Source of the DNA: Candidatus Falkowbacteria bacterium
GTDB taxonomy: Bacteria > Patescibacteriota > Patescibacteriia > UBA11705
Reading direction: 5' to 3'
Length of the DNA: 64,000 nucleotides
Assembly (NCBI GenBank): GCA_003518055.1
Contig: DOZJ01000002.1
Span: forward strand, 299,785-363,784
How positions within the stretch are numbered: position 1 is the stretch's first letter; each line of letters starts with the position of its first letter. The notes beneath the pieces were generated by a model. The model was given only the letters and a program-made list of their open reading frames with translations. It was not told the origin of the DNA and ran no database searches. Shown here piece by piece: positions 18,556 to 28,739 of this stretch. Both the position numbers and the translations under genes were made by a program.

Positions 18556-18860
18556 AATAATGTTTTCCTCGTGTCAATTTGAGACTCTCGAAGGACTGAC
18601 TCGGGGATGGGCTCAATAGATCAAGTTAATTTTATCTGATATGACCCCCGGCCGCAAGTTGATAACATGGGGAAAAGCGACGGAAAGAGAATTAAGAGAT
18701 TAGGTTAATTCAGAGATAAAGTTGAATGAGAAAATCAGCCGTCTGTGGGATCTTTATTCTGATTTATTATAAACTAATCCTAATCCCTTAATCTCTTAAT
18801 TCTCTCATTCTCTTTTTACCATATTCTAGCCAAACTTCTGTAGTTATAGTTCCGCCCCTA

Positions 18861-18889
18861 TTGACAAATTATTTAATGTGTGTTATAAT
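18861..18889 (+). promoter_or_regulatory. Consensus promoter TTGACA-N17-TATAAT
   Basis: ttgacaaattatttaatgtgtgttataat immediately upstream of the GC-rich non-coding region. Confidence 0.65.
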
Positions 18890-18895
18890 GGTTAA

Positions 18896-19930
18896 TCGAA
18901 CATTGAAAAACACGACACGGGGCTGCGGCCCCAATCACCGGCGGTCCTGAGGGACGCCCGGTCTACTGGAGGACAACTTGAGAGTTTGTTTTGCTCGTGG
19001 TCCCCCGTAGTTATGTCGCGGCACTGGACGGCCCCACAGACCCTTAATGGGCAGTGCGGCGCGTCCGAACTGCGCTGCTCCGTTTCGGCTTAGGGAGCGT
19101 AAAGCAGCCGACCCACGACAGGCCTACCCGGACGTCTAGCACCACCGGCTCTCCACAGCGAGACGGTGCTAAGACGATCGCGGGTTGAACCCAAACCATA
19201 TAACGTCGAAAGTCGGAGGGCAGAAAGCGCATGAATCGTTCTTGACCCCCCCCACTCTCGGCGGCTGCCGTAAGAGAGGGACACTCGGCCGCGGACGCGA
19301 CTCACATGGAGCGGCGGCCGGCCTCCACAGCAGAGGAAAGGCGCTGTAGAAATGATTCATAGCCGAGCTTCGCCGCGGTAGCGCTCCGTTCACGGACCTA
19401 CCGCATCTGTCGTCAGAGTTCTCACGCGTACAATCCTCGTCGCGGAGCATATAGCCCCAGAGCAGGAACGACGCGATTAATCCCCACTCGTGTGGGGAGA
19501 GTGCGCCTGGACCACTACATCCTGTAAACCGAATTTTAAAAAATTCGGTCAAGGCGGGTGAACGGATCCACGCGCGCAAATATACGGTGGGCCCCACCGT
19601 CCTGACGGACAATGTGGGCCTTGGCTGGACTGGTCACCCTGGTGTTCAGCCAAGTATACAGGGGTTTTCTACCTTAAACGGGAAAGTTGAGGGCAGAAAG
19701 CGCATGACGGTGTAATACAAATGATGACCGAGGCCGGACCACTATGGACGGCTCTCGGAGTCTAACATTCACCTGACAGGAAGTCTTAGACCCGGACGCA
19801 AAGCGTTTCGGGTCTTCGTATTTTAAATAACCCCGAAAGTAAAGTTCGTGAACTTCGGTTTCGGATTCTTCGATCTGTGTTTTTCTGGTTTTTTGAACCG
19901 AAAGCGCGACATCAATGTCGCGCTTTCTAA
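18896..19930 (+). ncRNA. Candidate large structured ncRNA (about 1 kb, GC about 58%, unknown class)
   Basis: No plausible ORF in any frame, and GC far above the local background. Contains many stable hairpins, e.g. ACCGAATTTTAAAAAATTCGGT, GGGTTGAACCC and GCTGC...GCAGC. The 18-mer AGGGCAGAAAGCGCATGA occurs twice (19217 and 19690) within similar GAAAGTYGRAGGG contexts. It ends at the palindromic hairpin 19899-19927. Confidence 0.5.
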
Positions 19931-19936
19931 ACTTTG

Positions 19937-20791
19937 TTAGCTATGTTTCTCCGCCAGCTGCAGCGTATTTTTCAATAGATAGGCGATAGTCAGCGGTCCG
20001 ACCCCTCCGGGTACCGGAGAGATAAAGCTGGCCTTGAGCATGGCATTATCAAAATCAACATCGCCGACGGTTTCATCTCCGAGGTCATTGATTCCGACAT
20101 CAATAACAATCGCTTGGTCTTTGATTGACTCATTGGTGATGAATTTCGGTTTTCCGATGGCGACAATTAGGATGTCAGCCTCGTGGCACAGATTATCATA
20201 GTTTGGGGACGTTAGTTTTACCGCCGTAACCACATTGTTTTTTCCGTACAAAAATTGAAATGGCTCAGCAAAGACTTCACTATTACACAAAATGGTGATT
20301 TTTTTATTCTCGATCGTTGTTTTAGTTTCCCGAATCAACGCGTCAATGCCGAGGGCGAGCGGGGAGAGGATTACCGGCTGGCCGGCGCGCAGTTTAACCA
20401 AGTTATCGGGGTGAAAACCATCCACGTCTTTGGCCGGATCAATCGCTTTGATGATGGCCGATTCGTCAAACCCGGCCGGAAGAGGTAATTGAACCAATAT
20501 GGCGTCAACTTCCGGATCCTGATTTAAAAATTTTATTACCTCAATAACTTCCGCTGATGTTTGGTTTTCGCTGAAGCGATATAAATGAAAATCAATCTCC
20601 GCTCGGTCGCAGGCCTTTTGTTTCAAACTGACATAAATCTCTGATGCCTTGTCATGGCCGATCAAAATCGCGGCCAGTCCAGCGCTGGTTTTATTGATTT
20701 TGACAGTCCGGCAGGTCTCTTGATTGATTCTTTCCGCCAAGAGTTTACCGTCGATTATTTGTCCGGTTAATTTTGGGCCTTTAATTTCCAT
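19937..20791 (-). CDS. folD: Bifunctional methylene-THF dehydrogenase/cyclohydrolase FolD
   Basis: 284 aa, FolD fold motifs (PVPGGVGP). Confidence 0.9.
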   Translation of the reverse strand: MEIKGPKLTGQIIDGKLLAERINQETCRTVKINKTSAGLAAILIGHDKASEIYVSLKQKACDRAEIDFHLYRFSENQTSAEVIEVIKFLNQDPEVDAILVQLPLPAGFDESAIIKAIDPAKDVDGFHPDNLVKLRAGQPVILSPLALGIDALIRETKTTIENKKITILCNSEVFAEPFQFLYGKNNVVTAVKLTSPNYDNLCHEADILIVAIGKPKFITNESIKDQAIVIDVGINDLGDETVGDVDFDNAMLKASFISPVPGGVGPLTIAYLLKNTLQLAEKHS

Positions 20792-20912
20792 AAGCTATGA
20801 TTTTTTTCATATTATTTTGAACCCTGAATGAAATTCACTAGTTGAGGCCGAGCCGGCAAGCCGGCTCGGCCTGGTACCTTACGAATCTGAATCCTTTAAA
20901 ATGTTAAGATAT

Positions 20913-22157
20913 TTATCGTGCTAATTCCGGGTACAGGGGGAATTTTGCGGTCAATTCTATGACTGAGCCGCGGATCTGATCCAGTATTTCAGGTTTATCT
21001 TTGTTCGTCAAGGCTCGGTCGATCATCTCAACAATGAGTTTCATTTCCGGCTCCTTCATCCCGCGGGTTGTTACCGCCGGAGTCCCCAATCTTATCCCTG
21101 ATGGGTCCATTGGCCCGCGCGGATCATCAGGCACCGCATTTTTGTTCAGCGTGATGCCGGCGATGTCGAGCGTATCTTGAGCTTCTTTGCCGGTTATTTG
21201 TTTATTCGTCAAATCAATCAAGAGAAGGTGATTGTCGGTGCCGCCAAAACAAATGTTATAATCACGCGCTTTGAATTCCAATTCCATCGCCTTTGCGTTA
21301 AGCAAAATTTGTTTGGTATAAGTTTGAAATTCCGGCTCCAAAGCTTCTTTGAACGCCACGGCTTTGGCCGCGGTGTTGTTGTCGTGCGGTCCGCCTTGCA
21401 GACCGGGGAACACGCCTTTATCGATTTGTTTGGCCAGTTTTTCTTTGCACATGATCATGGCGCCGCGCGGGCCGCGCAGGGTTTTGTGCGTGGTGGTTGT
21501 CACCACATCAAAAATCGGTACCGGATTTTCCAGCTGTTTGCCGGCGATTAGCCCGGCGATATGAGCGATATCCGCCATCGTGTAAGCCCCGACTTCATCA
21601 GCGATAGCTTTGAATTTTTGATAGTTCAAATTGCGGGAATAGGCTGAAAACCCGGCTAGAATCAGTTTGGGTTTGTGCTCCAAAGCCATCTGGCGCAGAT
21701 TATCAAAATCAATCTCGCCCTGCGCGTTGGTTTTGTAACGGACAAAATTAAACACTTTGGCCATGTGAGTGACCGGGTGGCCGTGAGTCAAATGTCCGCC
21801 GTGGCCGAGATCCATGCCGAGAATCGTATCTCCGGGTTCGAGCAACGCAAAATAAACCGCGATATTGGCCGGCGCGCCAGATAGGGGCTGGACATTGACG
21901 TGCTCGGCGCCAAAAAGCTGTTTGGCGCGGTCGATTGCCAAAAGTTCAACCTGATCGATATATTCATTGCCGCCATAATATCTCTTGCCCGGGTAGCCTT
22001 CGGAATATTTGTTGGTCAGAACGCTGCCGAGAGCCTCCATGACCGCCAAGGAAACAAAATTTTCCGAGGGGATAAGCTCCAAATGTTTTTCCTGCCGGTC
22101 TCGTTCTTTATTGATTAAATCATGAATTTGCGGATCAGTTGTGGCTAAATTTTTCAT
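20913..22157 (-). CDS. glyA: Serine hydroxymethyltransferase
   Basis: PLP Lys motif TTTTHKTLRGPRG; 414 aa. Confidence 0.95.
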   Translation of the reverse strand: MKNLATTDPQIHDLINKERDRQEKHLELIPSENFVSLAVMEALGSVLTNKYSEGYPGKRYYGGNEYIDQVELLAIDRAKQLFGAEHVNVQPLSGAPANIAVYFALLEPGDTILGMDLGHGGHLTHGHPVTHMAKVFNFVRYKTNAQGEIDFDNLRQMALEHKPKLILAGFSAYSRNLNYQKFKAIADEVGAYTMADIAHIAGLIAGKQLENPVPIFDVVTTTTHKTLRGPRGAMIMCKEKLAKQIDKGVFPGLQGGPHDNNTAAKAVAFKEALEPEFQTYTKQILLNAKAMELEFKARDYNICFGGTDNHLLLIDLTNKQITGKEAQDTLDIAGITLNKNAVPDDPRGPMDPSGIRLGTPAVTTRGMKEPEMKLIVEMIDRALTNKDKPEILDQIRGSVIELTAKFPLYPELAR

Positions 22158-22363
22158 ATAAAAAAATGCTTTATTGAATAAAATAATGGATTGTGATGGT
22201 GTTACAACATATTTTGGATTGTTATCATTATACCAGATTAGAAGTCTGGTGCAAATAATTTGGTAGTTCTAGATAAATACACGTATTGACTTTTTTTTTA
22301 GATAATGTTAATTTATAGCGTTATCCCAGAACATTAACAACCACCCGGAAACGGAGGCTATGT

Positions 22364-24205
22364 ATGAGCCGACTGCCGTTGTATAAGGTCATTAAATTTC
22401 TGCATGAGTACAATCAGCAAAATGCGGTGGAGTTGGAATCGTTGCAGCGTGAACTTTCAGCCTACGGGCCGTATTCTCCTGAACAGAGGCAAGCGGGGCT
22501 AACCGAAAGAGACGCAGCCATTCAGTCTTTTGATCAGGCTCGGGCCAAGTACCTTGATGGGCAATGCACTCATGATGATTATTCAGTAGCACAGAAGTCT
22601 CAGGATGAGATCATTCAGCGAATGTTAAATTTTGAGCAGGAAAAGAAGCAGAAACTCGGACGGCGAGATCATCTGCGTTATCGCGACGGGCAGTTGAATT
22701 CGATTTTGAGGCTGCTGATCGATGACCAGGCGCGCGGCGATGTCGAAATTGATATCGATTCTACGTCCGAACCGGTTGCACCGATCCCAACACCAGCGCC
22801 CGAGCCTGCGGCTCCAATTTCACCCCCCGCGCCGGAGTTATCCGCTGCCGATCATCAGCTGCAAAATGAAATGTTGTGCGCTCTCTACGTCCGTCGATTT
22901 GATAAGCGAGTCTGCTTGATGAATGTGATTGAAACTTTGCGGCACTGGCAGCGAACTCGTGAAATCGAGTATGGTAACGCGTTCAACCAGTTGATGCTGC
23001 TCACCAAGGAATCCGATCCTCGGGTTACGGCGGTTCTCGACTCCGATGGAGAGACTGCAGTTTCCTGCGCCTTGACCGATACCGGCGTCAAGTTCGTGAT
23101 CAACACGCTTTTGACCTCAGTCCTGGCTGATTTGACCGGCATGAGCAGTTTGCGGCTGATCCCCGCTTGGACCAAGCGCCGAATCACCTTCATTGAGCTC
23201 ATCATTGCTATTGTGATTGATTTGCGGGCCTTCCAGCATCGATTCCTTTTGAATCAGGTCACAGATTGGTTGAAGGTTTACGTTGATAAGCATGATATGG
23301 CCACATCGGTTTACAGCGCCGTTGGCCGCAGCTCGAATAAATATGGCGCTGAGGCCAAATTTTACCACTTTCTCCCGGGAACAACTTACGCGCTCAGCGA
23401 TGTTGGCTTGTCGATTTATGAAACCCGCCTCAAGCCGCTGCTGTCCGCTCCCGCAGTCGATGATGTCTCAACTCACGGCGCGGGTTCAGCCAAATCAAAG
23501 GGGTTGAAGCGTTCATTCAATTCCAACCCTTCCAAGCAAAAGCGACTGGCTCGAGCTCTTTCCGCGAAAAAGCACGTTTTGATCAAGCTGATTCGGTTGG
23601 CCGCGCACCATTTGACACTGAAAGGTCAGATCGAATTTAACACTCGTCAGCTGAGAGACGTTTTGCTCGACTGGTCGCTGGTTGGTGCCGGATCGATTGA
23701 CTCAGGCCGGTTGTGCGCGTCGATTGTCAATCACATCACAAGAGTTCATGATGCTTGGTTTAGACGGGCTGACAACAAAGCCGCCAAGGCCAAGAATCGA
23801 CTGTTTGCTCTGACGGCAAATGGTATTGACCTTTCTGTCGATGATGAAGACCATTACAAGCAGCTGCTCGGAAAGTCTGATGAAAAGTTCAAGGATCTGA
23901 TTCGTCGGTATCAGAAAAAGCAAAGCTCTCCTGTCGACGTTTTGGTGTCGGTTTTTGGCTTGATTGGGGAGCTGGAAAACATTAGCTTCGCTACTCTGGT
24001 TTCAAAGTTTGAGGCCGGCGGCCTGACTCGCAAACAGGCGAGATGTTTTGTCGCCAAGTATTTGCACGTTCAACTGACAACTGAAGGTGCCCAGCAATTC
24101 ATTTTCCCTGTCGGCCAACACATCTCGAAGAGCATTCAGAATCGGTACGCTCTGACCGAAGCCGGCAGAGAAATGTTTTCAACTTTGGTTAATACGCCAA
24201 ATTAA
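22364..24205 (+). CDS. Orphan hypothetical protein (613 aa) with a Pro/Ala-rich linker
   Basis: GGAGG Shine-Dalgarno; no recognisable domain; PAPEPAAPISPPAPE linker; GC higher than neighbouring genes. Confidence 0.5.
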   Translation: MSRLPLYKVIKFLHEYNQQNAVELESLQRELSAYGPYSPEQRQAGLTERDAAIQSFDQARAKYLDGQCTHDDYSVAQKSQDEIIQRMLNFEQEKKQKLGRRDHLRYRDGQLNSILRLLIDDQARGDVEIDIDSTSEPVAPIPTPAPEPAAPISPPAPELSAADHQLQNEMLCALYVRRFDKRVCLMNVIETLRHWQRTREIEYGNAFNQLMLLTKESDPRVTAVLDSDGETAVSCALTDTGVKFVINTLLTSVLADLTGMSSLRLIPAWTKRRITFIELIIAIVIDLRAFQHRFLLNQVTDWLKVYVDKHDMATSVYSAVGRSSNKYGAEAKFYHFLPGTTYALSDVGLSIYETRLKPLLSAPAVDDVSTHGAGSAKSKGLKRSFNSNPSKQKRLARALSAKKHVLIKLIRLAAHHLTLKGQIEFNTRQLRDVLLDWSLVGAGSIDSGRLCASIVNHITRVHDAWFRRADNKAAKAKNRLFALTANGIDLSVDDEDHYKQLLGKSDEKFKDLIRRYQKKQSSPVDVLVSVFGLIGELENISFATLVSKFEAGGLTRKQARCFVAKYLHVQLTTEGAQQFIFPVGQHISKSIQNRYALTEAGREMFSTLVNTPN

Positions 24206-24275
24206 AAAAGACTGATAATCATCAGTCCTTTTTTTATTTTATCGCGAAAGCTATTTTAACAGTATGAAGATCTGG

Positions 24276-26165
24276 TTAGGGGATTATCAGCATAATTTCA
24301 TTGCTGTATATCTGGCAATTTCCCGTTTGACTTTTGACGCAGACTCGGAAGTAATAGTTGTCGCCGGAGTTTAGACCGGTCCAAGTATAACCGGTTCCGG
24401 TTGAATCATAGGCAATATCTTTCGGGTATTCGACGTTGGGGCTGAATGACATCATGACTCTGTAGCCGTAGCCGGCGGTGAGATCAACCGGTTTCCAGCT
24501 GAGCATTGCTTTGCCGGTTTGAACCTCTCCGGACAGGAACACGCTGCCGGAGTTATTGACGACCGGCTCCACAGGGGCGTCAATCGTAAAAGACAGAGTA
24601 TTGCTGTAAATTTGGCATTGGTTGTCGTTAAAGACACAGATTCTGGCGTAATAGGAGCCGGGCGCGAGGTTGGGCCAGCTGTCGGAGTTCGTGACTTTAC
24701 TGACCGTATGATATCGTTCCGTTGGCCACGTTGGATCGGGTTGACCGGCCAAAATCACGCGGAAATCATTAAAGATGAGATTATCAGCTTGGTTCAGACT
24801 CCAGTTTAGACTGATTGTTTTATCTGATTTGGTGCCGGTCAAATTGATCGTTGCCGCCTCCGGGTTTGATAATTCTATTTTGGCAACATTGCTCCATTCG
24901 GTGCATTGATTATTCTCCACCAGACAGGCTTTGAAATAATAGATTCCAGCTTTTAGGTCCGAGGTCGTATAATTATCAGCATTGTTTAATGTTTTGATTT
25001 CACTGTTAGCCAAATCAGGATTATCGTTCTCTGATCGGAGCAGTTTGATGGTGGAATATTCAAGCCCAGTCTTGACAATAAACTTTATCTTCGCGGATTT
25101 ATCCGTTTCCTCAGTCACCTCAATCGCGATCGGCTCTTGGCCTTTTTTGTATGTTACAGTGAGCGTTTTTTTATTGATTTTTTTATCTTTTTTAACTGTA
25201 ATTTCAATCACATTCTTATCTTCCTTCAGCGTGTATTGATGTTCGAAATCGCCGTCTTTGTTGTCCACCTCCGCACCGTCAATAAAAATTTCAGCCGCGC
25301 TATCGGTTTTGCCTTTGATGGTCAGTTTTTCTTCCTCGGTTTCAAATTCCGCTTCAGCCGGCTCGATAATGACCAGTTTTACATTAGCGGCAAAAATGCC
25401 GAGATAAAAGTTCAGGGATTCATCCTGCTCTTTATTCCATACGATCCAGGCATCATCAAGGAAATATGCCAAGTCTTTCAGTTCCGTGGTGATGGATTTA
25501 TCAGTTTCAGCCGCGATATCAAAAACAGCAACCTGCCCTTCTTCGACCGTCCGCATATTGCTGATATTTTCGCGTTCATTGCTGTCGTAAATTTTGGTTT
25601 TGACTTTGCCCTCGATAACACTCAGTGTTATGGTGGTTCCAATCACAGTGTCAAACGCAGTTCCGAGAGCGGTCAGTTCGATTCTTTGATTGTATACTTG
25701 ATAAATTGCCGGGCTGGTTTCACTGACTCGGTGAAAGGCGCGGCCGCTCAGCATTTCAATTTTGATATCCGATTGGTTGAATTGGGTGAATTTGACCGCG
25801 GTTTCAGCTTCGAGTCGAATCAAACTGCCGTCGGGAAAGGTGATTACCGCTCGGGAATCCGGACCGGTCTTGACTTCCGCGCCGGGTTCAAAAAAATCAT
25901 TTATTTCCGCGGCCTCAAAAGCATCGGTTTTTTTTACCTGAATTGCGCCATCAAGTTTGGTTATCTGGGCGAATGTTTGTTCGGCCGCATTATCATTGGC
26001 CAAGTCAGCCGCCTCCTGCGGCACCGGAGTTTTGAGCGACCAAATTATGAACAGGACCAATCCCAATCCGATTAAAAACATGACCAAAAAACCTTTGGTT
26101 TTGTAAAATGGCTGACGGTAATAGTTCTTTTGTTTTTGCGGGTCAAATGAAGAATAGACTTGCAT
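24276..26165 (-). CDS. Membrane-anchored surface protein with a FecR-like domain and three Fn3-like repeats, each with a conserved Cys pair
   Basis: N-terminal TM helix; the repeats each end ...NxCxIYSN. Confidence 0.55.
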   Translation of the reverse strand: MQVYSSFDPQKQKNYYRQPFYKTKGFLVMFLIGLGLVLFIIWSLKTPVPQEAADLANDNAAEQTFAQITKLDGAIQVKKTDAFEAAEINDFFEPGAEVKTGPDSRAVITFPDGSLIRLEAETAVKFTQFNQSDIKIEMLSGRAFHRVSETSPAIYQVYNQRIELTALGTAFDTVIGTTITLSVIEGKVKTKIYDSNERENISNMRTVEEGQVAVFDIAAETDKSITTELKDLAYFLDDAWIVWNKEQDESLNFYLGIFAANVKLVIIEPAEAEFETEEEKLTIKGKTDSAAEIFIDGAEVDNKDGDFEHQYTLKEDKNVIEITVKKDKKINKKTLTVTYKKGQEPIAIEVTEETDKSAKIKFIVKTGLEYSTIKLLRSENDNPDLANSEIKTLNNADNYTTSDLKAGIYYFKACLVENNQCTEWSNVAKIELSNPEAATINLTGTKSDKTISLNWSLNQADNLIFNDFRVILAGQPDPTWPTERYHTVSKVTNSDSWPNLAPGSYYARICVFNDNQCQIYSNTLSFTIDAPVEPVVNNSGSVFLSGEVQTGKAMLSWKPVDLTAGYGYRVMMSFSPNVEYPKDIAYDSTGTGYTWTGLNSGDNYYFRVCVKSQTGNCQIYSNEIMLIIP

Positions 26166-26260
26166 AGAGAGAGGTAGTGATTAAAATAGGATAAGTCTTA
26201 GAGGGGATATTGGTAATAGGTTGGAAGAAATAGATTAGTTAATTTATTTTGGGGATAAAT

Positions 26261-27838
26261 TTAAATTACCCCAATTTTTTTTACCATATACGTCCCTTGT
26301 TTGCGATAGCCGAGTTTACGATAATATCCACGGACGCCGACACCGGAAATGACCGCCATTTTACCATAGCCGTGACTGAGCGCGATTTTTTCCGCTTCAG
26401 CCATCAGCCGTTTACCAAATCCCAAGTGCTGCACCGCGCCCTGATTTTTATCAGTGATGGAAACCATCTGGCCGTAAGTGTGCACTTCTCGAATCAGAGC
26501 CGCCTGTTTCAACTCAGGGATAAAATGATCTTGGCCATGATTCAAGCGCAAACGTAAAAACGCGTACAAGATGCGCTTGTTTGGCGAGGCGTATTGCAAA
26601 AAGAACTCTTGGCCGTTCGACGCCGGGTATTCTTCAATAAACAATTTGGCCCGGTCGATTTTTTTGGTGTTCTCCCGCGCTTCACGACATCGGATACAAC
26701 GACAGTATTTACCTTCAGCCTCAAGCTGGGTTTTTAATATCTGTCTGAGGTTTGACACTTTGTTGCCCGCCTCGATGCTCTCGCATGGGATATCTCGGAT
26801 CAAACGGATAATTCGGACATAGTCCGGCACTACCAGCTTAATTTTTTTTAATAAATTTATCAATTGACCGTCTGTGTATGGTTTATATTTTTTCTGCTGC
26901 CAAAATTTGAATAAATCCGCGTCGCGGGTGACCACAGTTGGGTAAATTTTCAACATATCAGGCTGAAATTCCGGCCGTGAAAACAGATCTTTGAACATTT
27001 TGAGATCCTTGGCCGGAGTGGATCCAAGCAGATTGGGCATCATGTGGTAGGCTATTTTGAAGCCGGCGGTTTTCATCAATTCTGTCGCCTGAACAATATC
27101 TTTGACCGTACTCCCGCGGCGATTGAGCGTCAAAATTTTATCATCAGTGGCTTGGACGCCGATTTCAACCTTGGTACAGCCGAGACGACGGAAATTTTGC
27201 AGTTCTTTTTCAGTGATATAATCAGGCCGGGTTTCGAGCGTCAAACCGACAATGCGATGCTTGGCGTGTTCGTTGCGCGTTTCCGCCTCGGGCAGATTCT
27301 TGGCCGTAAAACCATTGCAGGCATCGAAACAGCGTTTGATAAACCATGTTTGATAATGTTTCGGGAAGTGGGAAAATGTGCCGCCCATCACGATCAATTC
27401 CACTTTGTCATTATCATGACCTTGATCTTTCAAGGCTTTTAATCTAACCGCCACCTGAGTGTGCGGGTCAAAGTTGGTTCTAATCGCGCGCATGACCGCC
27501 GGCTCATTGGACAAATAACTCTTGGGCATGGATTTCTCGTTCGGACAAAAAAGACAATTACCCGGACAGGCGTCCGGTTTGGTCAAAACCGCGATTGGCG
27601 CGACACCTGACATGGTTCTGATCGCGCGTTTTTTCAACGCCCGATTCAGAATCAATGATTCTTTGAGGGTTTTGTTTTTAATTAATTTATGGTAGGCCGT
27701 GAGCAGCTCCGCGTTGCTGACAACGGTCATTTTATAATCTTTGGCGAAACGATTTTTAATCCGAACCAAACGGTTGGAGTTAACCGTTTTTAATTTAGCT
27801 AATTTTAGCACAATTTGTTCTGACACTTTTTCTCTCAT
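26261..27838 (-). CDS. elp3: Elp3-like radical-SAM/GNAT tRNA-modification enzyme (bacterial Elp3 homologue)
   Basis: CPGNCLFCPN radical-SAM cluster motif plus a C-terminal GNAT (QHLGFGKRLMAEAE); 525 aa. Confidence 0.7.
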   Translation of the reverse strand: MREKVSEQIVLKLAKLKTVNSNRLVRIKNRFAKDYKMTVVSNAELLTAYHKLIKNKTLKESLILNRALKKRAIRTMSGVAPIAVLTKPDACPGNCLFCPNEKSMPKSYLSNEPAVMRAIRTNFDPHTQVAVRLKALKDQGHDNDKVELIVMGGTFSHFPKHYQTWFIKRCFDACNGFTAKNLPEAETRNEHAKHRIVGLTLETRPDYITEKELQNFRRLGCTKVEIGVQATDDKILTLNRRGSTVKDIVQATELMKTAGFKIAYHMMPNLLGSTPAKDLKMFKDLFSRPEFQPDMLKIYPTVVTRDADLFKFWQQKKYKPYTDGQLINLLKKIKLVVPDYVRIIRLIRDIPCESIEAGNKVSNLRQILKTQLEAEGKYCRCIRCREARENTKKIDRAKLFIEEYPASNGQEFFLQYASPNKRILYAFLRLRLNHGQDHFIPELKQAALIREVHTYGQMVSITDKNQGAVQHLGFGKRLMAEAEKIALSHGYGKMAVISGVGVRGYYRKLGYRKQGTYMVKKIGVI

Positions 27839-28010
27839 GAGGCTATTTTATGGTTTTGATTGTCATTAGTCAATAAAAGACCGCCAGAGGCAGCCTCGGT
27901 AAATTAACCAACTTTTCTGTATTCACTCGCCGCGTTTGGCTCAACCCAATTTATGATTCGTGTCTATCGACCGAACTGATCCTTCGGCTTACACCAGATT
28001 CGTGGCGCTG

Positions 28011-28640
28011 TTATAAACTGCCCGCCTCAATATTCGCCAGATCTTTGTCCGTGATCCCGAGTCCCAGTCCGCGCATAATTTCAAACGCATGAACCGGCCG
28101 GCCGAGAAAATATCTTTGGCCGTTGACCGGGCTGACATACCACGCTTGGCCTTGGTCTTCCACTTGGAGCAAAATATTGCCTTTGAGCCGGTTGATTAGA
28201 TCTTGATCAACAGGCATCAGGGGAAATTTACCGGCGCCGTTTGGGTTGTAGCCGTTCAAAACTTCTTCCTTATCATTATATCCGTCGCCGTCGCTGTCGA
28301 TTTTCAGTTTATTGGATTTAATCGCTTCTTCCAGCAAGTCAACCAAGCCGTCTTTGTCAGTATCATCGCCTGATTGCGCAATCAGACCGATCGGGATTTT
28401 GTTTAGATTTTCATTGGTGATTCCTAGACCAAACCCACGCATCAGCTGAAAGGCATCGTATGGTCGACCCATGAAATATCGGAGACCATTGTCTGGATTG
28501 ACATACCAGGCTTCACCGTTTTTCTCTACTTGGATCAGGATTCGGCCGAGCAACTCTTCCCGCGTATCAGCCAGTACAAACAGCGGCAGCGCCATGACAG
28601 CGAGCAGGGTGATTAAAATGTATTTGTAGTAGTGTTTCAT
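28011..28640 (-). CDS. Secreted repeat protein with a Ca-binding-like DxDxDG segment
   Basis: Signal peptide; two about 55-aa internal repeats (AWYVNPDNGLRYF / AWYVSPVNGQRYF); DKDGLVD...DSDGDGYND. Confidence 0.5.
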   Translation of the reverse strand: MKHYYKYILITLLAVMALPLFVLADTREELLGRILIQVEKNGEAWYVNPDNGLRYFMGRPYDAFQLMRGFGLGITNENLNKIPIGLIAQSGDDTDKDGLVDLLEEAIKSNKLKIDSDGDGYNDKEEVLNGYNPNGAGKFPLMPVDQDLINRLKGNILLQVEDQGQAWYVSPVNGQRYFLGRPVHAFEIMRGLGLGITDKDLANIEAGSL

Positions 28641-28739
28641 ATTCTTTTAATAAGCAACATTATATATTTGAGGACTTTGTCCTTTGACGATTTTTATTAC
28701 TGAAATTATACCATAAATTGCCCCAAACCGAAAAAGATG

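Noticed and set aside
19044-19612. ORFs 19044..19232, 19090..19305 and 19169..19612 within the GC-rich non-coding region
   Set aside because: Translations are Arg/Pro/Ser-rich with no start context. The region is better explained as structured RNA.
18896-19930. RNase P RNA, tmRNA or group II intron as the identity of the large GC-rich RNA
   Set aside because: Only a faint GAAAGUC..GGGCAG resemblance to the RNase P P4 region. No tRNA-like 3' end or tag ORF for tmRNA. No domain V consensus. Left as unknown class pending a covariance-model search.
25137-26075. 312-aa plus-strand ORF antisense to the 629-aa surface-protein gene
   Set aside because: The sense-strand gene has clear domain repeats. 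The antisense frame is Phe/Ile-rich low complexity.
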